Shown here: piece by piece, positions 22,419 to 30,524 of the stretch | Layout: the number at the start of each line of letters is the position of its first letter | How positions within the stretch are numbered: position 1 is the first letter of the stretch | From: Clostridia bacterium | GTDB lineage: Bacteria > Bacillota > Clostridia > Oscillospirales > CAG-272 | Length of the DNA stretch: 64,000 bases | Assembly: GCA_017556745.1 (NCBI GenBank) | Contig: JAFYMF010000044.1 | Coordinates: forward strand, 3,784-67,783 | Reading direction: 5' to 3' | Position numbers and translations under genes: made by a program | Notes under the pieces: model-generated | Database searches by the model: none | What the model was told of the DNA's origin: nothing | The model's input: only the letters and a program-made list of their open reading frames with translations

Positions 22419-23294
22419 ATGACAAATTTATCAAATTATGAAAAGACCGAGAAAAAAGTCTCTGTGCGAAAAAAGTTTTTTAACGTAATAGTCTATACCC
22501 TGCTTTCTATCTGGGGACTTATGGTTCTTTTCCCTTTCTACTGGATGATACTTTCATCGGTAAAAAGCTACAGCGCATACAGTTCTGAATTTGTACCTAA
22601 GTTCTTCACACTCTCCCCCACTCTCGAAAACTTTTTCGATGCATTCACTGCAGTCCCACTTGCTGACTATTTTGTCAACACCTTGATCTTCACCGTTTTG
22701 ACAACTGCCGTAATGCTGGCTGTCATCATTCCTGCCGCATTCGCCTTTGCAAGGCTTAATTTCAAGGGCAAAAATCTGCTCTTTACCTTGATTCTGGCAC
22801 TCATGATGATCCCGAACGAGCTTGTTATCATAACAAACTTCACGACCATCACAAATCTTGATATGCGCAATACCTTCTCGGGACTTATCTTCCCCTCAGT
22901 GATGTCGGTATTCTATATATACCTTCTCCGTGAGAATTTTGCCCAGATCCCCGATGACCTGTACTATGCCGCAAAAGTAGACGGAACTTCCGACTTCAAA
23001 TATATGATGAAGGTCATGGTTCCTATATGCCGCCCCACTATTATTACGGTAACAATACTTAAAGTCATTGAATGTTGGAATTCCTACGTCTGGCCGCGAC
23101 TTATCACAGATGATCAGAACTATTTCCTTGTCTCCAACGGCATTCAGGAGATAAGAGAGAACGGTTTTGGACGTGAGAATATACCTGCTATGATGGCAGC
23201 GGTAGTTGTTATCTCAATTCCCCTCATCGTACTTTTCCTTATTTTCCGCAAGAAGATAATGGAAGGGGTAGCAAGAGGAGGTACTAAGGGATGA
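22419..23294 (+). CDS. ABC transporter permease (MalG-like)
   Basis: PFYWM, QIPDDLYYAAKVDG, WNSYVWP. Confidence 0.9.
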   Translation: MTNLSNYEKTEKKVSVRKKFFNVIVYTLLSIWGLMVLFPFYWMILSSVKSYSAYSSEFVPKFFTLSPTLENFFDAFTAVPLADYFVNTLIFTVLTTAVMLAVIIPAAFAFARLNFKGKNLLFTLILALMMIPNELVIITNFTTITNLDMRNTFSGLIFPSVMSVFYIYLLRENFAQIPDDLYYAAKVDGTSDFKYMMKVMVPICRPTIITVTILKVIECWNSYVWPRLITDDQNYFLVSNGIQEIRENGFGRENIPAMMAAVVVISIPLIVLFLIFRKKIMEGVARGGTKG

Positions 23295-24886
23295 TAAAAA
23301 GATTTCTTTCTTTGACTGTTCTTCTTCTCGTCCTGCTTCCCACTCTCTTTGCCTGTCACGGCAGCAGAGACAAGGTATCATTTGTTATTCCCGAGAATTT
23401 TAATGAGAGTAAAAATTATGAGATCACCTTCTGGGCAAAGAACGACACAAACGTTACCCAGACCGCAATATACAACAAGGCTATCACAGATTTTGAAGCA
23501 CTGTACCCTAACATCAAGGTGAATCTCCGTCTCTATACAGATTACGGAAAAATATATAACGACGTTATAACGAACATTGCCACTGACACCACCCCAAATG
23601 TATGCATCACTTATCCCGACCATATAGCCACATATATGACGGGAGAAGATACTGTAGTTCCCCTTGACGGTCTTTTCTCTCATCCCGAATACGGATTCGG
23701 TGGTACCAAACTCAAATATGACGGTCCCACCTTAGAGGAGATGGTTCCAAAGTTCCTCTCTGAATGTATACTTGGAGATGAACATTACGCGATTCCATAT
23801 ATGCGATCCACCGAAGCATGTTACGTAAACAAAACTTATGTTGAGGCTCTTGGATATACTCTGCCCGAAATACTTACATGGGATTTTGTATGGGAAGTAT
23901 CGGAAGCCGCTATGGCAACAGATGACAACGGTAATTTTATCGTCAACGGTCAGCAGGTACTTATCCCGTTCATATATAAATCCTCTGACAATATGATGAT
24001 ACAGTACCTCAAGCAATCGGGTGGCAATTATTCCACACCCGACGGTGAAGTCCAGATATTTAACGATCACACCAAAGACTTTCTTTATACTATCTCCGCC
24101 CACACCAAGACAAAGGCTTTCTCCACCTTTAAGATTTCAGGTTATCCTGCAAACTTCCTCAACGCAGGTCAGTGTATATTTGCAGTAGACTCTACCGCAG
24201 GTGCTACCTGGATGGGAAGCAATGCACCTCTCGTTGATATAAGTGAGGACAGAATAGTAGAATTTGAGACAGTGGTAATGCCGATTCCTCAGGCTGATCC
24301 CGAAAATCCACGAATGATTTCCCAAGGCCCGTCGATATGTATATTTAATAAGGAAGATTCCGGTGAGGTTCTCGCATCTTGGATCTTTGCTCAGTATCTC
24401 CTTACGAACGAGGTTCAGATATCATACTCTCAGACCGAGGGTTACGCCCCAGTTACTCTCAAAGCACAGAACTCCCCCGAATATCTTGATTATCTCTCAC
24501 GGGAGGGCGAGGATAATCAGCTATACTACGACATTAAAATAAAAGCCGTTAAGCTTCTTATGGAAAACACCGATAATACCTTTGTCACACCGGTGTTTAA
24601 CGGTTCTGCTTCTCTGCGTGATGCGGCAGGACAGCTCATTGAAGAGGTTACAAAATCCACAAGGCGTAAGAAGACAGTTGACGAGAAATTCATGGCAGAG
24701 TTATATGCAAACATGAAGTCTCTTTACAGACTTGAAGAGTTCTCAGCAAAAAATTCCTCAGACAATAATGATCTCTCAAAAGAGCCTCTCCCCACCACCT
24801 CAGTTATTTTACTGTCCTCTATTGCCGGAGTATGGGTACTGATGGGAGTTTATCTCCTCATTACCCGTAAAAAAAGGGAAAATTAA
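23291..24886 (+). CDS. ABC substrate-binding lipoprotein with extra C-terminal membrane anchor
   Basis: Lipobox LFAC; ITFW, FEALYPNIKV, QGPSICIF, TEGYAPV; LPTTS + TM + RKKREN. Confidence 0.82.
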   Translation: MIKRFLSLTVLLLVLLPTLFACHGSRDKVSFVIPENFNESKNYEITFWAKNDTNVTQTAIYNKAITDFEALYPNIKVNLRLYTDYGKIYNDVITNIATDTTPNVCITYPDHIATYMTGEDTVVPLDGLFSHPEYGFGGTKLKYDGPTLEEMVPKFLSECILGDEHYAIPYMRSTEACYVNKTYVEALGYTLPEILTWDFVWEVSEAAMATDDNGNFIVNGQQVLIPFIYKSSDNMMIQYLKQSGGNYSTPDGEVQIFNDHTKDFLYTISAHTKTKAFSTFKISGYPANFLNAGQCIFAVDSTAGATWMGSNAPLVDISEDRIVEFETVVMPIPQADPENPRMISQGPSICIFNKEDSGEVLASWIFAQYLLTNEVQISYSQTEGYAPVTLKAQNSPEYLDYLSREGEDNQLYYDIKIKAVKLLMENTDNTFVTPVFNGSASLRDAAGQLIEEVTKSTRRKKTVDEKFMAELYANMKSLYRLEEFSAKNSSDNNDLSKEPLPTTSVILLSSIAGVWVLMGVYLLITRKKREN

Positions 24887-24976
24887 CGTCAAATTATTGA
24901 CATATTTGAGAATTTATGTATAATAGTCTTTGTATCAAAAAGGTCATTGACCTTTTGTAATAAAAAGGAGAAAAAA

Positions 24977-25819
24977 ATGAAAAAACTTCTCGTACTGTTT
25001 ATGACTATCGTTCTTTGCGCATCACTCTTTGTTGCCTGCTCACCCGCGAACGATACGACTGTAGACGACACCACCGTAGCTGATGACACTACCGTGGCTG
25101 ACGACACCACCGTAGCTGACGACACCACTGTGGCTAACGATGAGCCCGCTGATCCCGCGGCTAAGTCCGAGGGCGTTATGACCTATGCTGAGTATGTTGC
25201 AGCTGAGATGGATGCTGAGGTTGTTATCGAGGCATACGTTCAGGCTAAGCAGATTTGGAACGCTGACTATCAGAATGGTTCTCTCTATCTTGCCGATCCC
25301 GACGGTGCATACTTCGTATATCGTATTGCTTGCGGTGATGAGACCTACAACAAGCTCGATAAGGGTACCAAGGTAAAGGTTACCGGTTATAAGTCTGCGT
25401 GGGCAGGTGAGGTTGAAATCACCGATGCTACCATCGAGATCCTTGAGGGTAACTGGACCGCAGAAATCAAGGACGTAACCTCTCTGCTTGGATCCGATGA
25501 TCTTATCAACAATCAGAATCAGTTCGTTGCTTTCAAGGGAATGACTGTTGCTGCTTCTACCGATGCTAACGGTAACGAAGTTGCATTCCTTTACGGTTGG
25601 GATGGTTCCGGTGTTGAGGGTTCTGACCTCTACTTCAACGTTTCCATCAATGATAATACCTACAATTTCGTAGTTGAGTCTGATCTTTGCGATAGCTCCT
25701 CCGATGTTTATGCAGCTGTTAAGGCTCTTAATATTGGCGACAAGATCGACCTCGAAGGGTTCCTTTATTGGTATGAGGGTGCAAACCCCCACATCACTGC
25801 AGTATCCGCTGCAAAGTAA
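24977..25819 (+). CDS. Lipoprotein with DDTTVA linker and probable OB-fold domains
   Basis: Lipobox FVAC; four 18-bp repeats; GTKVKVTG and IGDKIDLEG OB-like strands. Confidence 0.65.
   Translation: MKKLLVLFMTIVLCASLFVACSPANDTTVDDTTVADDTTVADDTTVADDTTVANDEPADPAAKSEGVMTYAEYVAAEMDAEVVIEAYVQAKQIWNADYQNGSLYLADPDGAYFVYRIACGDETYNKLDKGTKVKVTGYKSAWAGEVEITDATIEILEGNWTAEIKDVTSLLGSDDLINNQNQFVAFKGMTVAASTDANGNEVAFLYGWDGSGVEGSDLYFNVSINDNTYNFVVESDLCDSSSDVYAAVKALNIGDKIDLEGFLYWYEGANPHITAVSAAK
25064..25135 (+). repeat. 4 x 18-bp coding tandem repeat (DDTTVA)
   Basis: GAYGACACYACYGTRGCT x4. Confidence 0.9.
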
Positions 25820-25836
25820 TTAAAACTGCATAGTTT

Positions 25837-25868
25837 AAGATGCCCGAGGTCTCGGGCATCTTTTTTTG
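25837..25868 (+). terminator. Intrinsic terminator
   Basis: AAGATGCCCGAG-GT-CTCGGGCATCTT followed by a T run. Confidence 0.85.
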
Positions 25869-25941
25869 TCTGTATATTCTCTTGAAATATTATCAAAATA
25901 GTTGTATTATATATAAAAGGAAAGAAAAAGGAGATCATCTA

Positions 25942-26394
25942 ATGCTAAAAGAAGGAATGAAAGCACCTGATTTTACACTTTTTGACAAGGACGGAAAAGA
26001 GGTCTCTCTCTCCGACTTTCTTGGCAAGAAGGTAGTTTTATATTTTTATCCCAAAGATAATACCCCCGGATGTACCCGTCAGGCATGTGCATTTGCAGGA
26101 GCATATACAGCGTTCAAAGATAAAAATATAGAGGTCATAGGTATTAGCCGCGACAGTATTGCCTCTCACGTAAAGTTTGCAGAAAAGCATTCTCTTCCAT
26201 TTGTTCTTCTGTCTGACCCGGAGGTTAAAGCGGCAGAGGCTTACGGAGTCTGGCAGGAAAAGAAGCTGTATGGTAAGGTATCTATGGGAATCGTCCGTAC
26301 CACCTTTATAATAGACGAGAGCGGTAATATTGAAAAGGTTATGCCTAAGGTAAAGCCGGACACCAATGCCGCAGAGATCCTTGAGTACCTCTGA
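25942..26394 (+). CDS. bcp: Peroxiredoxin BCP
   Basis: APDFTL, LYFYPKDNTPGCT.QAC, RTTFIID. Confidence 0.93.
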   Translation: MLKEGMKAPDFTLFDKDGKEVSLSDFLGKKVVLYFYPKDNTPGCTRQACAFAGAYTAFKDKNIEVIGISRDSIASHVKFAEKHSLPFVLLSDPEVKAAEAYGVWQEKKLYGKVSMGIVRTTFIIDESGNIEKVMPKVKPDTNAAEILEYL

Positions 26395-26399
26395 TAATA

Positions 26400-26686
26400 A
26401 TGAAAAGCTTAGTTCATAGTAAGCTCACCCACAATGACTACCTTTTCCGCAGAATAAAGGACAGCGAGATACAGCTCATGTTTGAGATGATACTCAGCCG
26501 TATGCGTTGGATGGACGAGGTTGGTATCGAGCAATGGAACAAAACGGAATAAAATTTTTCCGTCTTGACAGTGCTGTCGGTAACGATAAGCTTGAAAAAT
26601 ACTACTCTGACATGGGTTTTACACCTGCAGGAGTATGTGTTGACGGATTATATACAGGTGTGCTCAGACAAAAGAAGCTACAGTGA
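26400..26686 (+). pseudogene. GNAT acetyltransferase pseudogene, central part deleted
   Basis: N-part ...RMRWMDEVGIEQWNKTE* directly followed by C-part FRLDSAVGNDKLEKYYSDMGF...LRQKKLQ*. Confidence 0.65.
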
Positions 26687-26774
26687 GAGTCCTCTGTATC
26701 CGAGTCAAGTTTTTCATATTCCAGACTATAACTATGACTATTACCAAACACCATAACAATAGGCGGTAAAAAAG

Positions 26775-27368
26775 ATGAATATATATGATATTTCTCAAGA
26801 TATATACGGATGCTCGGTGTATCCCGGAGATCCGGTACCTAAAAAAGAGGTGCTCTGTTCCATCGCTAACGGTGACGTATGTAATCTCACACAGTTTTCT
26901 ATGTGCGCCCACAACGGTACTCACTTAGACGCACCTTATCACTTTTTTGATAACGGCAAGAAGATAGACCAGCTTCCCCTCAAGCAAACCGTAGGTCTTG
27001 CATATCTGGCAGAAACAGACGTAGATCTTACGAAACACTCGGCAGAAAAGATTATTACTGCGGCAAGAGTTGCTTACCCGGGATGTGAGAAAAAAATTCT
27101 TATCAAGGGCAAAGCCGTTGTCACCGAAGAAGCGGCACAAGTCTTTGTCACCTCAGGTGTTGAGCTTGTAGGTGTTGAATCACAAACTGTCGGACCGTTT
27201 GATGCCCCAATGGAGGTACATAAAATACTTCTCAGTGCAGACGTTGTACTGCTGGAAGGTTTAAGACTTTCCGAGGTAAAGGAGGGACCGTACTTTCTCT
27301 CCGCCGCTCCTCTCTCCCTTGGAGACGGTGACGGTGCACCCACGAGAGCGTTTCTTATAGAAATATAA
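26775..27368 (+). CDS. Cyclase family metallohydrolase (KynB-like)
   Basis: YPGDP, HNGTHLDAPYHF, VHKILL, LLEGL, DGAPTRA. Confidence 0.88.
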   Translation: MNIYDISQDIYGCSVYPGDPVPKKEVLCSIANGDVCNLTQFSMCAHNGTHLDAPYHFFDNGKKIDQLPLKQTVGLAYLAETDVDLTKHSAEKIITAARVAYPGCEKKILIKGKAVVTEEAAQVFVTSGVELVGVESQTVGPFDAPMEVHKILLSADVVLLEGLRLSEVKEGPYFLSAAPLSLGDGDGAPTRAFLIEI

Positions 27369-27593
27369 TATAAAAAGACACCCGACCGGGTGTCTTTTTA
27401 TATTGGCTGGGATAGCCGGATTTGCGAACCGTGATTTTCGTTTTTTGTTTGCTTTTTTCTTCAGTTTCTGCTACGAAAATCTTACTCTGTGCTAACGCAC
27501 AGTGGCGATCCTGCATACTATAGACTATTCTAAACAATATAAAAAGACACCCGACCGGGTGTCTTTTTATATTGGCTGGGATAGCCGGATTTG
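27367..27593 (-). repeat. 58-bp direct repeat (tRNA-Gln 3' end + terminator), period 169 bp
   Basis: 27367-27424 identical to 27536-27593. Confidence 0.92.
27536..27573 (-). terminator. tRNA-Gln terminator (second copy at 27367-27404)
   Basis: AATATAAAAAGACACCCG-AC-CGGGTGTCTTTTTATATT hairpin. Confidence 0.85.
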
Positions 27594-27647
27594 AACCGAC
27601 GAATGCGAGAGTCAAAGTCTCGTGCCTTACCGCTTGGCGATATCCCA
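27573..27647 (-). tRNA. tRNA-Gln(TTG)
   Basis: TGGGATATCGCCAAGCGGTAAGGCACGAGACTTTGACTCTCGCATTCGTCGGTTCAAATCCGGCTATCCCAGCCA; full cloverleaf, encoded CCA. Confidence 0.97.
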
Positions 27648-27658
27648 TCGACCTATAT

Positions 27659-27687
27659 ATTTTATCACAATTACCGCAACATGTCAA
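27659..27687 (-). promoter_or_regulatory. sigmaA promoter for tRNA-Gln
   Basis: TTGACA-17-TAAAAT on the minus strand. Confidence 0.85.
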
Positions 27688-27722
27688 GAAAAAGAGTGTC
27701 GATAGCTTTTTTAATTTACTAC

Positions 27723-27751
27723 TTGAAAACAAGTTCTAAATGTGATATAAT
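27723..27751 (+). promoter_or_regulatory. sigmaA promoter for the repeat array and tRNA-Ser
   Basis: TTGAAA-17-TATAAT, 20 bp upstream of the first tRNA-like unit. Confidence 0.85.
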
Positions 27752-27771
27752 ACTTGAGTGCAAAGTAGCAC

Positions 27772-27995
27772 GCAGAGATATCGAAGCGGTCATAACATGA
27801 ATTGCCATTGACAATTCCGATGACTCGAAATCATCGTGCCGTCAGGCGCGACGGAGCTATGTCTGTGCACAAAAACTTAATACGCAGAGATATCGAAGTG
27901 GTCATAACATGAATTGCCATTGGCAATTCCGATGACTCGAAATCATCGTGCCGTCAGGCGCGACGGAGCTATGTCTGTGCACAAAAACTTAATAC
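27772..27995 (+). repeat. Two tandem 112-bp tRNA-Ser-like units
   Basis: Units start at 27772 and 27884 and differ at 2 positions; the first 25 nt match the tRNA-Ser 5' end (one mismatch in unit 1); each has a CTCGAAA loop. Confidence 0.95.
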
Positions 27996-28084
27996 GCAGA
28001 GATATCGAAGTGGTCATAACGGGGCTGACTCGAAATCAGTTTGCTGGCAACAGCACGAGGGTTCGAATCCCTCTCTCTGCGCCA
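27996..28084 (+). tRNA. tRNA-Ser(CGA)
   Basis: GCAGAGA/TCTCTGC acceptor, GCTGA-CTCGAAA-TCAGT anticodon arm, long variable arm, GAGGG-TTCGAAT-CCCTC, GCCA end. Confidence 0.96.
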
Positions 28085-28085
28085 G

Positions 28086-28121
28086 AAAGAGCCTAAAATG
28101 TTAAGTTTTAGGCTCTTTTTT
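28086..28121 (+). terminator. tRNA-Ser terminator
   Basis: AAAGAGCCTAAAA...TTTTAGGCTCTTT followed by a T run. Confidence 0.85.
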
Positions 28122-28174
28122 CGTTCTGGCACGAAAAAATGTGAAATTTGGAATTATGATTCCAACCAATCGTG

Positions 28175-29020
28175 TTAATCCTCTATTTTCTTGAACGCTT
28201 CGTAATTTGCTACTTCGCGTTCCATATGGTACACCGCATACTCAATCGTGTCGAAGTGGTATAGGTAGTCTTGCATCACGGTGTTGAATACCTTGGCAAC
28301 GATTGCTGGAGGATTTCTGAATGCCCCACAGCCGAACGCACCGAGGATCAGCACCTCATTTCCGTTGGCAGCTGATACCTCAAAGATTCTGCGGATTCGC
28401 TTTGTCAGCAGTTTTTCGAGATCTGCAGGCGTTATCTTTGCAGCCTTGTCTCCGGCGTGAGGATTCATAGAGTTGCTCGGACGTTCACGCAGATTCGGGG
28501 CCGCGCAGGTTAGAATATTCACGTTCCACCAATCCTCTTTGAGCAAGGGTTCGGGAAAGTTCGTGTCACTCTTGAACACGCACACATCCGGAGTATAAAT
28601 GCAGTCGTTGTTGTATAACGGATTGGCTGCTTTGCGATGCGATTTATAGAAAGCACTCCACATCGCATCGGTGTTCAGACACGGGTACAGCATCGTGCAT
28701 CGGCAAAGGCATTCCTCTTGTGCGGAAGAGCCGTTCACCACACCGCCGCCGGGATTGGTTGCCGAAGCAAAGTTCAGTACGCAGACCTTCTTGCCCTGCT
28801 TGGCATAGCTCTCGGCGGCTTCGAGAGAACGTTTGCCGCTGACTATAACTTTCGCTTTTTCGGATTTGTAAGCTTAAGGAATGATAATGTTATCGGTTTC
28901 GGCTATGAATGCTTGTGCTTGGATTTAATGTTGGACGGTGGTCATCAGAGCTGAGTCCGATGTATATTGCCATTCGGTATCGCGGAATATCTCCGCGTTT
29001 TTTGTTCTTCTGTCAGTCAT
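28175..29020 (-). pseudogene. TIGR02452/DUF2263 bacterial PARG-like macrodomain pseudogene
   Basis: One frame from MTDRRTKN with two in-frame TAA stops, then VLNFASATNPGGGVVNGSSAQEE and LILGAFGCGAFRNPP. Confidence 0.85.
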
Positions 29021-29083
29021 GTGATCACATCCTTTCTTTGTGGTAGCACACAAGATACCACAGAAATCCGGGAAAGTATAGAG

Positions 29084-29415
29084 TTATTTTACCTTTTTCT
29101 TGCGTGATTTTATTGCCTCATAGCTCGCATATACCAAACGTTCGAGCTGATCATCGGCAGCATCAGGCAGGCGCACCGAAATCCAATGGTACGTATTCAT
29201 GTGGTATGCTGGATATACACCGTACGTAGCATTGAATGAGCCGAACATTTCGAGCGGCAGCTTGAGATTGACTCTGTCGATCACCACCTTGTCGCTGTCT
29301 GCCGAACTTCCGGTGGGATACGCGCATCACGATGACGTACCATTTGCGATTGTTGCATGACGAAACACCGCCGTTTCGAAGTATTCCTCGAAGGGATAAT
29401 CGGCGGCAGTACCCT
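29084..29415 (-). pseudogene. MmcQ/YjbR-family DNA-binding protein remnant
   Basis: YPF..FETAVFRH / NRKWYVIVM / VNLKL..YPAYHMN..HWISV spread over three frames. Confidence 0.75.
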
Positions 29416-29892
29416 GATGTATGAACGTAATTGTTGCGCCAACGGGAATCTTGCACTTGGAGAAGGCAAACGGAGAAAGACGCTCGATGTGGTCTTTCTC
29501 AATCTCCTGCGCCAAATTTTCGCTCTTTTTCTCTTCAGCAGAGGGATCATACAGATGAAGCCTGTCTTTGCGGCCGCCGAGCACGGCAATTGTCTCAAGG
29601 ATAGAATAAGCCTGTTCGGGTGTCATCGCATAGAATTCACGAACGCGCTGTTTACCGTCCACATTGTCGATAGATCGCAGATTTGGATTGAGCTGGTCAA
29701 TCAGTGCATGGAGTTTCAAGTCCGTAAGGCGTTCCTCAACCTCGTATGTAGCGTAAATGCGGAAGGCAAAAGGAATACACTCACTGTTATTCAGTTGTTT
29801 CAACCGCGATTCCACGTTGTCAGCGTAGCCGATCTTGACATATTGTGGGAGGAGGGATTTGTAAGAATATAAATTACGCCAGCTTTATTCAT
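29416..29892 (-). pseudogene. GIY-YIG (T5orf172-like) nuclease remnant
   Basis: MNKAGVIYILTNPS, frameshift, then QYVKIGYADNVESRLKQLN..PFAF..REFY; C-terminus truncated. Confidence 0.8.
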
Positions 29893-29908
29893 AGAAACTC
29901 CTACTGTA

Positions 29909-30485
29909 TCAAGAATGTGGAATATTGTCTTTCGCTCTTGCCTCATAATATTCATTTGTCAATTCAGATCGCAAGAACGAGCCGTTCAAGAGCTTTATAA
30001 ACGCTTCTTTAGATTTTTTTGTATCCAATCGTATTGCAAGACCATCGTCACTATATTTGAAAGCGCCTTTAAGACCAGGATTTGTTTTTGTAAATTCCAC
30101 TATAACTTCTTTGGGAATATTATTTGCAAAAATAGGTGATGTCTTTTTCACTTTGGAGAGTTTTCTTGCAAAAGATACCTCTTCGGCACTATCTTTTAAT
30201 ACTTGAATATCTTCCAAAGGTTCGAGACTGTCTATTGATTCAATTGTGGTTGATGCCTCTCGAAATATCAGTTCATTAAAACCAAGATTTCGTTCCAGCG
30301 CCTTGACATCGGTAACAAATATCTCATCGCCAACACGGATGAGCTGAAAATCTCCGTTCAAGCGAAGGATATCATCGCTACTAATTTTTTCGAATCGTTC
30401 AGCACTCTTTTTGAGTCCTATGCAGACCAAGCAATAAATAAGAAACAAGAGATGCGCTTAATTGAATATACCGGAAATATTATCG
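29909..30485 (-). pseudogene. Kiwa KwaB (DUF4868)-like C-terminal fragment
   Basis: FEKI..DILRLNGDFQ, LERNLGF, FARKLSKV, FIKLLN.SFLRSELT..YY..AKD; no N-terminus, no kwaA. Confidence 0.65.
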
Positions 30486-30524
30486 CTGCCAATACCTCTT
30501 ACGATCAACAGATAACTTGAATGA

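Noticed and set aside
27772-28020. CRISPR array
   Set aside because: The would-be spacers are near-identical, the repeat is a tRNA 5' end, and there are no cas genes
27772-28084. Intron-containing or selenocysteine tRNA
   Set aside because: The third unit is already a complete tRNA with a CGA anticodon, and the inserts lack group I/II intron size and motifs
27355-28096. ORFs 27355-27732, 27591-27800 and 27914-28096
   Set aside because: They overlap tRNA genes, promoters and repeats; spurious
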